A stretch of DNA of 64,000 nucleotides, from positions 128,001 to 192,000 of IMG/VR virus record IMGVR_UViG_3300013947_000019; one strand, written 5' to 3'. Below, one piece after another: positions 10,071 through 20,442 of the stretch (the stretch's first letter is position 1; each line of letters begins with the position of its first letter). The notes beneath the pieces are model-generated. The model made no database searches. It saw only the letters and a program-made list of their open reading frames with translations, and was not told where the DNA came from. This stretch comes from a virus. Lineage: Duplodnaviria > Caudoviricetes. The position numbers were made by a program, and so were the translations under genes.

Positions 10071-10841
10071 TTACTCCTCGGTATTCTTGTTATGATACTT
10101 CTTCTCGAGCTCAGCTTCCTTATCCTGCTCGATACTCTTCATGGTGACATTATCGTAGTGATTGATGACACGCTTGAAGATCTCGGTAGTGATCTCAACA
10201 GCATCATCGAGATCGACATTGGTCAGAGAACTGACAACAATGTCACCTACATGATGCATATACTCTTCAGGATCATCTGCAGTATCCAGACCAGCGATAA
10301 TCTTATCACTGATCTCATCCATGATTGCATCGGCATCGATGTCTTCCTTCTCTTCGACAGGATTCATCATATCCTTGAAGCAACCCCATGCGGAGTTCTG
10401 CAGAGCATCCAGATCGAAGTCTTCGATCATCTCCATCAGCGCTTCAGACATAGCCTCAGCACGAGAGCTGAGAAGCGCGGTCAGATCATCCAGCTCATCC
10501 TCATGCTTCTTGCAGAAAGCAACGATGTAGGGCAGGATGTCAGCCAGGAACTTCTTGTAGAAAGACAGAACCTTCAGAATGAGCTTGGTATCCATCTCCA
10601 CATTTACGGTGATATCATCCTTGCGGGCGATATACTCCATAGTGAAGTCCTTGTTGCCCATACCGCCAGAGGTTTCCAGCTTGTCCATAAAGGAGTCAAA
10701 GCTGGAGGACATGTTGAACATTTCAGCATATTCCTCATCGATCTGAGGCAGGACGGCATTCAGCACAGTCTTGGACAGGGCATTGAAAGAATCGCACAGG
10801 GACTTGATCTCGCTCTTGGTCATAGTAACAGAGTATTTCAT
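10071..10841 (-). CDS. Hypothetical acidic protein (early-type promoter)
   Basis: ORF with biased codons; ATG at 10841 after AAAGGA. Confidence 0.7.
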   Translation of the reverse strand: MKYSVTMTKSEIKSLCDSFNALSKTVLNAVLPQIDEEYAEMFNMSSSFDSFMDKLETSGGMGNKDFTMEYIARKDDITVNVEMDTKLILKVLSFYKKFLADILPYIVAFCKKHEDELDDLTALLSSRAEAMSEALMEMIEDFDLDALQNSAWGCFKDMMNPVEEKEDIDADAIMDEISDKIIAGLDTADDPEEYMHHVGDIVVSSLTNVDLDDAVEITTEIFKRVINHYDNVTMKSIEQDKEAELEKKYHNKNTEE

Positions 10842-11068
10842 AGTAATTCCTTTCCGGCTCATTGGCCTAACCCTTTCGGGCTCTTTTGTTTATTTATCCA
10901 TCACAGGTAAATTTGATGGACTGATTATGTATTTTGATAGGTATTCTTTGTTCCTATCACAATTATAGTATATATCTCCACACCCTGTTAAAATCGGATT
11001 TTTAAATATGTATAAAATGATGCTTTTAAAGACAATATAATATAGTATTACAGTGGAGGTAATATGGT

Positions 11069-13234
11069 ATGAGTATGAATGGTATTCTGCCGATTAAAGA
11101 AGGTGGAATTGCAACAGTATTTAATGTGCTGGAATATAATCAATTTAAGCATCATGGTGATCATAAAGATAATGAACTTTTTATCACATATAGAGATGAA
11201 ACAGGAAAGAAAAATGTCCATCGGATTACAGAACCTCCGATGGAAATCTTTTTTGTAAAACCTGAATATAGAAAAACATTTTTAACACCAAGAGAATATT
11301 ATCCGATTGATAATGTATATCCTGCGAAGGTTCCTGCTCGAATGGTATTACGTAGAATTTATGATGAAATGAAAGTAATACCAGATCCAGTTGGTCAGAA
11401 GTTAGTTCAGGTATATAATAATGGAGTTACAACTGGTAATTCTCGAGTAAAGAAAGAAATCTTCAAATGGCCGTATGCATTATTTGGCGATATGTCAGTT
11501 GAAGATTATTATTGGGTTCAATTGGGTGTTCATTATGATTTATCTCATGGTGGTGTAATTGATAAAGTATTTGCCGATATCGAGAATGATATCTATGGAT
11601 TGAATTCATCTGAACAAGCAATGAATCTAGATCCGGTAAATGCTGTAACATTGATTTTTAATTTTGATCAAAAGAGTCAATGGTCGAAACTTGGCATTCA
11701 AGTATTCACTTTTTTATTAAAGGATTTTAAGAGATATCCTCAACAAGAAAAGTTTGTAAAGAACTTGGATGATTTTTATGCAGAATGTCATAAGTGTTTT
11801 GATGTTCAGACTGTTATTAAGAAAGGTAAGAAGAAAGATGTTCACACAAAAGCTGAATATCATATTGTAATGTGTGAAACAGAAGATGATCTTTTGAAGA
11901 ATGTATTTAATACAATTAATAAATTTAAACCTGATTTGTGTGAATTCTGGAATATGCCGTACGATATGCCGAAGATGAAAGCTCGTATGGAGATTCTTGG
12001 AATGGATCCGGTAGAAATTATGTCTGATAAGGATTTCTTTCCAAGAGATTGTCAGTATGTAGACTTTCATATGGATAATCGTCCGATTGATATTGCAGAG
12101 CGTAATAGTTATATTCGTATGACTTCTACAACTCAGTATATCGATCAGATGCAGAATTATGCGGGTATTCGTAAAGGACGTAAAGCATATGGTTCAAATA
12201 AGTTAGATAATATTGCAAACATTGAACTTGGTATGGGTAAGTGGGATTTCCAAAAAGGCATCGATGTGACAAATGCTGCAATCTTGGATTATTGGAACTT
12301 TGTTCTGTATAATATTCGAGATGTTTGGTGTCAATATTTGATTGACTTTGTGACCAATGATACGATGTCTCTTGTATACGATATGAATCAGCATAATTGT
12401 CCGCTTCATCATCTGGTAAAGCAGACAAAGTATCAGAAACAAATTTATTATGCTGGATATCTGAGAAGAGGATTTGTTCCAGGTCATAATATCAATGTAA
12501 ACTATACAGAGTTTGCAAATGAGGAAGAAGCTGAGAAAGTAGAAGAAGCTCGTAAACGGAAAGCTCTTCGAATGGCTTTGGATAAGTTAAATCTGGATGA
12601 AGACGATATTGATGTTTCTTTGTTAGAAGGTATTGAGTCAGTAGATGATTTGGTTACCAGTATTGGTGAAGATAGTATATCTAATTCCGATAATAATGAT
12701 GATGAAACATCTGAAGCAGCTAAAACGGAAGCAGCAAATGCATATGATGAAAATCTAGCAATCTTTGAAGATAGTCCAAATCGTAAGTTACCATTACCTG
12801 GTGGTCTAGTTGGTAATCCAGATAATAACTTTGCAAATGGTGCAGAGTTAATTGATGGTATTCCGAGTAAGCATGTTTTTGATGAGGTAATGGATGAAGA
12901 CTACGCATCTGAGTATCCTTGGGCAAAGTTTACAAGATCACTATCTCGTTCTACTCAGATTGGTAGGTTAATTATTCCTCATAAAGTCAGTAAATATCAG
13001 AATCTGTTACCACTTGGTCAGATTAAACGAAAGGAAGATACAAAGTATTATATCTCTGGTGCAGAATTTACTGGAGATTATCTTTCTCAGGATTATCTAT
13101 CTCTTGGTGCAGCATGGTTTAATCTTCCATTGTCAGATGAATGTGGTGATATTGTTGACATGATGTTGGAAGGTAATTCTCTTGATGAAGCTTTGAAGAA
13201 AGTTGAAGAAAAAGACGGACAGGACTCGAAATGA
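11069..13234 (+). CDS. DNA polymerase family B, exonuclease/motif-A subunit (split polymerase)
   Basis: ExoI FADIEND, ExoII WNMPYD, ExoIII YNIRD, motif A variant DYASEYP; lacks motifs B and C, which lie in 6479..9158. Confidence 0.85.
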   Translation: MSMNGILPIKEGGIATVFNVLEYNQFKHHGDHKDNELFITYRDETGKKNVHRITEPPMEIFFVKPEYRKTFLTPREYYPIDNVYPAKVPARMVLRRIYDEMKVIPDPVGQKLVQVYNNGVTTGNSRVKKEIFKWPYALFGDMSVEDYYWVQLGVHYDLSHGGVIDKVFADIENDIYGLNSSEQAMNLDPVNAVTLIFNFDQKSQWSKLGIQVFTFLLKDFKRYPQQEKFVKNLDDFYAECHKCFDVQTVIKKGKKKDVHTKAEYHIVMCETEDDLLKNVFNTINKFKPDLCEFWNMPYDMPKMKARMEILGMDPVEIMSDKDFFPRDCQYVDFHMDNRPIDIAERNSYIRMTSTTQYIDQMQNYAGIRKGRKAYGSNKLDNIANIELGMGKWDFQKGIDVTNAAILDYWNFVLYNIRDVWCQYLIDFVTNDTMSLVYDMNQHNCPLHHLVKQTKYQKQIYYAGYLRRGFVPGHNINVNYTEFANEEEAEKVEEARKRKALRMALDKLNLDEDDIDVSLLEGIESVDDLVTSIGEDSISNSDNNDDETSEAAKTEAANAYDENLAIFEDSPNRKLPLPGGLVGNPDNNFANGAELIDGIPSKHVFDEVMDEDYASEYPWAKFTRSLSRSTQIGRLIIPHKVSKYQNLLPLGQIKRKEDTKYYISGAEFTGDYLSQDYLSLGAAWFNLPLSDECGDIVDMMLEGNSLDEALKKVEEKDGQDSK

Positions 13235-13272
13235 GTCCTGTCTATCTTTAAAAAGGAGGAAAGCAAACAGCT

Positions 13273-14007
13273 ATGAAGCTGAAACCATTTATAGAGTTGT
13301 TACGCAGAGCGACTAAGTCAAAGTATACAAAGTTTCTGATGAGAGATAGAATGATCATGGGTTGTTATTCTGTAGATGATGATTCTGATATTGGGTTGCA
13401 TTATATTCTATATATACCAGAAGCAGAAGAGTATAATGATTCATTCTATGACATGACTTTGATCATAGAACCAAAAGAATTATTAGCCATGTATACTCGT
13501 GGTCATGCTGGGTTATTAGAAGCAAAAAAGAAAGTAAAAGCAAAACCAAAAGATGTAAAAGAAGAACTTCATATACGTGAAACATCAGATGGATTACGTT
13601 TGTGTATGATGTTTACTTGTTGTGATGAAGTGATAGGTACTGAGGTGATTAATCTTGAATATCCAGTGAGTAGTCAGTCTCCTGTGGTAGAAAATATTTG
13701 TACTACATATCAGAGAATGCTGGAATATATTAATGCTGGGGGTGTAGGAATAGCTTTTGACGCAAATCGATATAATTTATATCAGATTGCTGTAAAGTCT
13801 CCACAGATTTATTTCTTTAAGATTGACATTCGCGGAGAACGAATTAAGATACCTATTTATAAATCAATGCTTCAAAGTATGTCAGACCCAGATGAATTTT
13901 ATCTATTGGTAGAGCAAACTTGTATTGATCATTTATGGGTATATGCTATCCAGCTAACTAATAAAGGACTAACTGAGCAATACATTGGGTATATTCAGAA
14001 TTTCTAA
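13273..14007 (+). CDS. Hypothetical protein
   Basis: 244-aa ORF with AGGAGG SD. Confidence 0.7.
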   Translation: MKLKPFIELLRRATKSKYTKFLMRDRMIMGCYSVDDDSDIGLHYILYIPEAEEYNDSFYDMTLIIEPKELLAMYTRGHAGLLEAKKKVKAKPKDVKEELHIRETSDGLRLCMMFTCCDEVIGTEVINLEYPVSSQSPVVENICTTYQRMLEYINAGGVGIAFDANRYNLYQIAVKSPQIYFFKIDIRGERIKIPIYKSMLQSMSDPDEFYLLVEQTCIDHLWVYAIQLTNKGLTEQYIGYIQNF

Positions 14008-14021
14008 ATGGAGTAAAGTTT

Positions 14022-14114
14022 ATGGATAATAATGAATTTAAATTTATTGCTATAGTAGCATTCTTTATTACTGGATTTCTGTTATGTATCTATCGGATCT
14101 CTAATATTATTTAA
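14022..14114 (+). CDS. Small membrane peptide (30 aa)
   Basis: GGAG SD; MDNNEFKFIAIVAFFITGFLLCIYRISNII. Confidence 0.45.
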   Translation: MDNNEFKFIAIVAFFITGFLLCIYRISNII

Positions 14115-14128
14115 GAAAGGAGATACAT

Positions 14129-14422
14129 ATGCCACAGTTATCATTTGATGCTCGATGTAAAAATTTTGAGCCTATTTGTGAGTCAAAGTCTCCAGATATT
14201 CGAGAAGCTATCACAAACTACTGTAAAGAAAATGATATTACAATATCAGCATTCGCTAAACTTACTTATGTAAATCTTGTTCGACTTCAATCTTTTATGA
14301 AAGGATTGATCAATATTGATAAGTTTGAGTTTGGTGAATTGATGAGAATCTTAATAATCTGCGAGAGAAATAGAGGTTTATTTTTAGATTTATATCATGC
14401 TGGAAGTACTGGTATATTATAA
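14129..14422 (+). CDS. Hypothetical protein, possible helix-turn-helix
   Basis: SD AAGGAG; ITISAFAKLTYVNLVRLQSFMKG resembles an XRE-type HTH. Confidence 0.5.
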   Translation: MPQLSFDARCKNFEPICESKSPDIREAITNYCKENDITISAFAKLTYVNLVRLQSFMKGLINIDKFEFGELMRILIICERNRGLFLDLYHAGSTGIL

Positions 14423-14568
14423 AAAGAAAAGGAAGACGGGAGAGGCAATATGCCTCTCCCATCTTCTTCCACTTTAAAAGGAGTAATACGTATGGAAAAC
14501 AACATCCATTCCGTCATCACTGAACGCAAACTTCCGTTCCCCAGCAAAAGTATGCATCTATATACATG

Positions 14569-16791
14569 TTACCAACTGTAGAGATTACTCCAATCATCTC
14601 CACCACCAACATTAACACCCATCTGGCCATATGCAGGATCTACAAAGGTATTAAGTAAATTTTCATTCATATCAGTGGAACGCATGGAGTAATAGTTCTT
14701 CATAATAAGACGTTGCGTAGAATCGGGTATACTCTCAATAGCTGATAAAGTTGGATCTTCATCCAGATCAATACCTTCTATTTGATCTAGTGCTCGATAA
14801 TATTCAGCACGTTCACGTTCTGCAAGAGAAGAACTTGTTTCACAAGGTTGTTCAGTACTCAAGAAGTCAACGAGTCGATCTTCTTCATTTTCTTCTCTAT
14901 GATCAATAATGATTCGTTTAGCATTTCTCCAGGAATCACGAGTATCATATTTCTCAACATCATCATCTTCACCTTCAGTGATTGTCCAATAGATACCCTT
15001 ATTCTTTAAACCAGTACCATAACGTACCACCCACAGAATACCAAGATATGCCATTGTACAGTCATCGTGTGTAGAAGCAGAGTGATCAATACGACCATTC
15101 CGGAGTTCCATATACCGAATCTCTTCATAGAGTTCAGGGAATGCTACATGAGATGGAGAATTATGAACAATATTCTCCAACATTTCCATCATCTGTGCAC
15201 GAGAAGTAGGATTGGTATTATGACCATATTCCAATACTTCTTTATGCTTCTTCTTGGTAGCAGCATTGACACCCATGTCAATCTCTTTCTTCTTACGTTC
15301 CTTATACAGAACTCGTCCAACGGCTGTATCTCGTAGATGATCAATTAATGGTTTACCAACCGAGTTATTTTCGATCGTTAAGACACAGTTAGGATATACC
15401 TTCGTAACCAATGTAATTAATAGTTTCTTTAATTGGTCAGAAGGGATCATATTGGATTTAAAGAAAGCAATGGGCATTAATGTTTCAGGATGTACCACAA
15501 CCACTGCAGTACTATCTCGACCAAGACCACCAGAAACGTCGACACCGATTAACACTGGCTTACGACCATGATATTCTTGATAGATATTCAGATTGAAGTA
15601 TTTATTGATCTTGACTACTTCTGCAGTACCACGACGCTGCATAGACAGATCACCAATAACTTCAATATCATCTGGGTCAAATGGAGAGTTACCATTAGAG
15701 TTAATCCACTCAAGCAGATACTCACGACGTGCACGAATCGGATTATTCATCTTCTTAGCACGATCTAAATACCAATCATCAGTTTCACCGAGCTGTAGGT
15801 GCGAGAACTGAATAAATACGAAACCAGTTTTATCCGGTGTATTATAAATAATATCATAGAGTTTCTTTCTCTTCCAAGTATACATCTCTTCCTGGAAAGG
15901 AATAGAATCTTCCATCATCTTATATGCAAATGCTCCATGTGGTGTAGCTAAATCGCCAGGAGTGGTGGTAATACTAATTGCATATGGTGTCTGGTTCTTT
16001 TCAGAAATTTCTCGAGCTTTTTCGTATGCAGGCGTAGATGCACCATACATCGCTTCATTAAAGAATATGAAGGCCAACTCGTCCCACCAAATCTTAGATG
16101 CAGTTTTACCACGGGCCATAGAGTCTGCTTTGGCTTCGTTACCGGCAGATGCCATAGCTTCAATCGTTGCATTAATGGTGTTTCGAATTGTCTTTTCATT
16201 ATTCTTCACTCGGCGTTTTTCAGAAGGATCAAGTTGATCGATATTAGAGTGCTGCATGTACATAGGCAGCATCTTAATAGCATCAGAAATACGTCTGACG
16301 TTCATATTAGCATCAGATTGGTTTTTATTAAAGTGTAAGATATTAGAACCACGTACAAACTGATGTGTCCATACACAGTCAGCAATAGCAGCCCAAGTTT
16401 TACCAGTCTGTCGAGGCATAATTAAATAGGCAGAAATATTTAAACTCATTGCCCATAGGTATGCCAGGTTACCACGGTTCAATAAGAAAGGAGAACCACC
16501 ACCAACTTCAGTGGAGGCACCAGATTCAGAGACTCTGAATATTTCTCGATAGAAGTACCATCTGTTTTCTGCACATTCCCGGAATATCATGAAGCGTTCT
16601 TCGTCTGTGATATCCGGATCATAGGGATCTACTCCCTGCAGCTTTTTATTATTTAATCCAAGGAAAAAGAAATTATCAATACCTTCCTGATAAAGCACTG
16701 CAGCGATCTTAATAAACGATTTATTTTTCGTTTTAAGGTCGACATAGTACTCAGTCAAGTATTGATTGTTTGACTGTTTAACCATGCCCAT
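14569..16791 (-). CDS. terL: Terminase large subunit
   Basis: Walker A MPRQTGKT, Walker B IWWDE, motif III TTTPG, nuclease IGVDVSGG and HDDCTMA. Confidence 0.9.
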   Translation of the reverse strand: MGMVKQSNNQYLTEYYVDLKTKNKSFIKIAAVLYQEGIDNFFFLGLNNKKLQGVDPYDPDITDEERFMIFRECAENRWYFYREIFRVSESGASTEVGGGSPFLLNRGNLAYLWAMSLNISAYLIMPRQTGKTWAAIADCVWTHQFVRGSNILHFNKNQSDANMNVRRISDAIKMLPMYMQHSNIDQLDPSEKRRVKNNEKTIRNTINATIEAMASAGNEAKADSMARGKTASKIWWDELAFIFFNEAMYGASTPAYEKAREISEKNQTPYAISITTTPGDLATPHGAFAYKMMEDSIPFQEEMYTWKRKKLYDIIYNTPDKTGFVFIQFSHLQLGETDDWYLDRAKKMNNPIRARREYLLEWINSNGNSPFDPDDIEVIGDLSMQRRGTAEVVKINKYFNLNIYQEYHGRKPVLIGVDVSGGLGRDSTAVVVVHPETLMPIAFFKSNMIPSDQLKKLLITLVTKVYPNCVLTIENNSVGKPLIDHLRDTAVGRVLYKERKKKEIDMGVNAATKKKHKEVLEYGHNTNPTSRAQMMEMLENIVHNSPSHVAFPELYEEIRYMELRNGRIDHSASTHDDCTMAYLGILWVVRYGTGLKNKGIYWTITEGEDDDVEKYDTRDSWRNAKRIIIDHREENEEDRLVDFLSTEQPCETSSSLAERERAEYYRALDQIEGIDLDEDPTLSAIESIPDSTQRLIMKNYYSMRSTDMNENLLNTFVDPAYGQMGVNVGGGDDWSNLYSW

Positions 16792-16892
16792 ATGGAGTCT
16801 CACCCCTATCATAGGTTATTACTTAATTATAGTTATGTTTCAGATAAATAAAAAGAAGCTTCCCTCTCCAATTAAGGAGAGGGTTGTATAAA

Positions 16893-18200
16893 TTACATTA
16901 TAGACAATAATTCCATTGATTTATTTATGGATTTTGTACAATTATACTTTTTGTTTTTCTTATCTATATATGGAAATGGGTTACTACGTTTAATTCTTTT
17001 CTTTAATATAATAAATCCGTCTTTATCTCTATTTTGTTTAGGTCTCAATTGAATAAATCCATTCTTATCTCGTTGTGTTGAATCATATGAACTTAATTTC
17101 ATAGATTCTTCTTTATTGATCTTTTTCAATGCTTTCTGATGAGCATTCTCTCCATTATGCGATGTTGCATATTGGCTATAAGCATACCATGATTGATGTG
17201 ATTCAAATGCTTTAATCATTTCTAATTTTCCGAATTTTACTAGCTGTAGTATCTTATTGGTTTTCTTTAGCATTCGATTGATATTCTTTTTCAATAACGA
17301 TATATCTACATCATGGGTTATATTATTATAAGTAAAATGAAATCCTAAATAAACTAATCCTTGTGAAAATGGATGAATATTTGATTTTGGGTTTAGCTTT
17401 AAGTTCAAATTATCTTCAATAAATTTTCTAATCTCTTTTATACAATATTGTAAATAATTCTTATCCTTATGTATAATATAAAAATTATCCATATATCTCC
17501 CATAATATTTTATATGTAATTTTTCTTTTATAAAATGATCAAGTGAGTTTAAATAATAAACAGCTAGCCATTGAGATGTTTGAAACCCTATACAGATTCC
17601 CTTATCTGATCCATCATATTCACCAATAGCATATACTTGTTTTCTAATGAGTTCTATGCACTGATCATCAATTGGAAGTTTCTTTATTTGATTCATACAG
17701 ATCTCTCTGTCTATCTCATAGAAATAATGATGTATATCACCTGAAAATATCCAACCATCATTATTCCAATTACATTCTGTTGCTGCGTAAGATCTCATAA
17801 AATGTGATAATCTATCTAATGCTAATTTAGACCCTTTACCAGGTTGACTAGCGTAATTATCATATATTAATTTTGGGCTTATAATAGGCTCTAATATTTT
17901 AGTGCAAGCAACTCGATGTATAATTTTATCTTCAAACTGATTTGCAGTAATATTTCTTTTCTTAGGTTCATAAATTATAAAAGAATATAGTTTCTTAATT
18001 TTATAAGTATTCTCCATAAGTTGTTTACAGATATCATATGATTTAGAAAATATATCAGTATGAAATTCTGCAGTAGTATGCTGACCTTTCTTTCCATTCT
18101 CTACATAATATGCACTACTTAATATATTAGAAAACCTCATAGCATCACTGAAGTCTATAAATTTTTTATCTTTATTCTTTTTCTTTTTATTCTTACTCAT
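16893..18200 (-). CDS. DGR reverse transcriptase (catalytic motif YMDN, possibly inactive)
   Basis: EPKKRNI, DKIIHR, GDIHHYF, GICIGFQTSQ (DGR-type SQ), RYMDNF, YLGF; adjacent to TR and avd. Confidence 0.9.
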   Translation of the reverse strand: MSKNKKKKNKDKKFIDFSDAMRFSNILSSAYYVENGKKGQHTTAEFHTDIFSKSYDICKQLMENTYKIKKLYSFIIYEPKKRNITANQFEDKIIHRVACTKILEPIISPKLIYDNYASQPGKGSKLALDRLSHFMRSYAATECNWNNDGWIFSGDIHHYFYEIDREICMNQIKKLPIDDQCIELIRKQVYAIGEYDGSDKGICIGFQTSQWLAVYYLNSLDHFIKEKLHIKYYGRYMDNFYIIHKDKNYLQYCIKEIRKFIEDNLNLKLNPKSNIHPFSQGLVYLGFHFTYNNITHDVDISLLKKNINRMLKKTNKILQLVKFGKLEMIKAFESHQSWYAYSQYATSHNGENAHQKALKKINKEESMKLSSYDSTQRDKNGFIQLRPKQNRDKDGFIILKKRIKRSNPFPYIDKKNKKYNCTKSINKSMELLSIM

Positions 18201-18452
18201 TAGGTTTTATAACTCCTTAAAACTGTTTTTGAAAAAGAATTGCCCACCCTGGTCCACAGGGTGAGTGTCTCTAATCAGATAAATTACTCTAAGTTTTAAT
18301 TAAATAAAACTACGATACATCTATCTGTGCCGGGTACATTCTCCGAATATGAAATTCGGATAGGATGTAGTCTCCTTAGTTCTTTCGGACGCATTTCATC
18401 TTAACCAGCAATGGGTTTCAATTACTTTTTCTGCCTACTTAAATGAACCAAT

Positions 18453-18545
18453 CGGGCGAAACCCATTGCTATTGCTAGGGTTGTTGTTGTTGATCGTTCC
18501 ATCACTGTTCACATTGTAAACATTGCTGCTACTGTTAGGAGACGA
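18453..18545 (-). ncRNA. DGR template repeat (TR) core
   Basis: 93-nt non-coding AAC-rich copy of the VR; all 15 mismatches fall at TR adenines. Confidence 0.95.
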
Positions 18546-18576
18546 AACTAACAGACTACATCCTTTATTACAATGT

Positions 18577-19122
18577 TTACAACTTCTTTATTAATGTATA
18601 AAACCCTTCAGAATCTCTATAGTAATCACCTAAGGAAACAATTTCATTAAGTTTAGTTATTTTATATTGAAGCATATCATGTTTACGCTTCTTATAGTAT
18701 TCTTTCTTAGTTGGATAACTATTAAATTTAGATTTTATATTGCTATAGTATGCTTGTAAACTTTTAGTTAATTCGCTATATAATCTAGCATATTCTTCAG
18801 GATTTTTAAGTGTAATAATACTATTCGTAACAATCATCAATGCTCCTAAATGTCTAGCCATATCTATAGAATATTCTATCTTCTTAAGTTTCTTTTTTAA
18901 TTCTTTAAGATAATTAGGATGCATATTTGCTGCTTCAATTATACTTGTTTCTAACTCAAGTGCAGTATTATGAAGTTTCTGAACTAAATCATATCTATAT
19001 CTTTTTGGAAATACATTATCATTATTTGTAATTAAAAAGATATACTTTGTTAATGCTTCTGCTTTAAATACAACTGCAATTGGATTTTTCTTTCTTTTCA
19101 TTTGTATACTAGATCTTCCCAT
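18577..19122 (-). CDS. avd: DGR accessory variability determinant (Avd-like four-helix bundle)
   Basis: FPKRYRYDLVQKL motif, basic helical protein, located between target gene and TR. Confidence 0.8.
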   Translation of the reverse strand: MGRSSIQMKRKKNPIAVVFKAEALTKYIFLITNNDNVFPKRYRYDLVQKLHNTALELETSIIEAANMHPNYLKELKKKLKKIEYSIDMARHLGALMIVTNSIITLKNPEEYARLYSELTKSLQAYYSNIKSKFNSYPTKKEYYKKRKHDMLQYKITKLNEIVSLGDYYRDSEGFYTLIKKL

Positions 19123-19228
19123 AAAAATTACTCCTTTTAAAAATATTTAAATAATATATGATAGACGATATACAGGATTTTTAATATCCTATATAAACGT
19201 CTATCATATATTCAAAAATAAATTATAG

Positions 19229-19309
19229 CTTCAATTAACGATTATTACGCTATCTGGCGGGCAATGACTTACGCATTTGCCTTGATAGCTTCATTTACGT
19301 TAATTGAAG
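19229..19309. other. Long imperfect hairpin/cruciform just downstream of the VR
   Basis: 12-bp IR CTTCAATTAACG (19229-19240 / 19298-19309) with inner stems GCTATC/GATAGC and GGCAATG/CATTTGCC. Confidence 0.55.
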
Positions 19310-20368
19310 AGTTATACACACATGCGGGCGAAACCCACCGCTAGAGCTAGGGCGGTTGTAGTCGATCGTACCATCACTGATCACACCGTAAACATAGCTG
19401 CTACCGTAAGGAGACGATGTCCACCAATACTTAGCTGAACCATTTAAATTACAAATTCTGTTAGTATTACTATTGTAATAACTAAATCCTCCATTAACCT
19501 GTTCATATGAAGGAATAAATACTTTATTAGTAACATTATTAACTGTAACATCATTACAGTATTCCAATGCAGTAGCAGACAAATTAGAACTTTGCCAACT
19601 CACACATTTATTAGCTAAAGTGGAACCCTTATATGTATTATTACTACCAAAAGAAGTAGTTTCTGTCATTTCAGCTAATCCTAAATACCAATGTGTACCT
19701 TCCTGATGAACAACTCTCCATTCTTTATTGTCAAAGGTGACTATATTACCGACCGCAACAGTTCCACTAATAGGAATAAATACAAGTTCGACAAAATAGT
19801 CATTGGTATCTTCCGTTACTGTAACTTGTTTACTATCAGTTTTTCCGTTAAATGTACCAGATATGGTCCAAGTACCAGTATAATCGCTTCCAGGTAATTC
19901 AATTTTTGCTTTTCCTAAGGAACTGACATACGAACTATATACAGTAATACTACCTTTTGTTGCACTAAAAGTTGTATTATATGCAACACTTGGAACAGTA
20001 ACCCATATACTTTTACCAGATCCAGTAGATACTACAATTGAATCAATATTAGATGCCATTGTTTCAAATGATGCATCAGATGCTGTAGGAACACCTTTAC
20101 CGGTAATAGAGGTAGCTATCATTCTCTTACCATAAAGAATTAATTCATTAGCATTCATATCGTAATCAGTCAGCTCCTCTTTTGTTACAAATTTTTCCAT
20201 TTGTGTATTTACATTTTGAAAACTAATATCTACTGCATCTAATTTAGTTTTTACAGTTGTTTCATCAGTTTCTGATAATGATACATTATCAGCATCTGTT
20301 TTTAAATGAATTTCATCATAAGTGCCACTATCATTTTTACGATTAAGTTTCTGTTTTAAAATAGCCAT
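19295..20368 (-). CDS. DGR target: tail-fibre/receptor-binding protein with C-terminal CLec-like variable domain
   Basis: MAILKQ N-module, ITGKGVPT module, C-terminal YWWTSSP...GFRP containing the VR. Confidence 0.85.
   Translation of the reverse strand: MAILKQKLNRKNDSGTYDEIHLKTDADNVSLSETDETTVKTKLDAVDISFQNVNTQMEKFVTKEELTDYDMNANELILYGKRMIATSITGKGVPTASDASFETMASNIDSIVVSTGSGKSIWVTVPSVAYNTTFSATKGSITVYSSYVSSLGKAKIELPGSDYTGTWTISGTFNGKTDSKQVTVTEDTNDYFVELVFIPISGTVAVGNIVTFDNKEWRVVHQEGTHWYLGLAEMTETTSFGSNNTYKGSTLANKCVSWQSSNLSATALEYCNDVTVNNVTNKVFIPSYEQVNGGFSYYNSNTNRICNLNGSAKYWWTSSPYGSSYVYGVISDGTIDYNRPSSSGGFRPHVCITLQLT
19325..19417 (-). repeat. DGR variable repeat (VR)
   Basis: Aligns gap-free with TR 18453-18545; differences only at TR A positions. 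Confidence 0.95.
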
Positions 20369-20418
20369 AATATTGTTTTAAACTCCTTTCTTATTATAAA
20401 AAGATGAATGTTAAAATA

Positions 20419-20442
20419 GGCCCAACTTCAGAAATCCGGGTC
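20419..20442 (-). repeat. 24-bp recombination-like site 1 (upstream of DGR target)
   Basis: + strand GGCCCAACTTC-AG-AAATCCGGGTC. Confidence 0.7.

Noticed and set aside
14569-16791. Intein or intron in terminase
   Set aside because: Continuous ORF with normally spaced motifs and no intein C...HN signature noticed
18480-18492. GTT/AAC microsatellite
   Set aside because: It is the AAC codon run of the DGR template repeat
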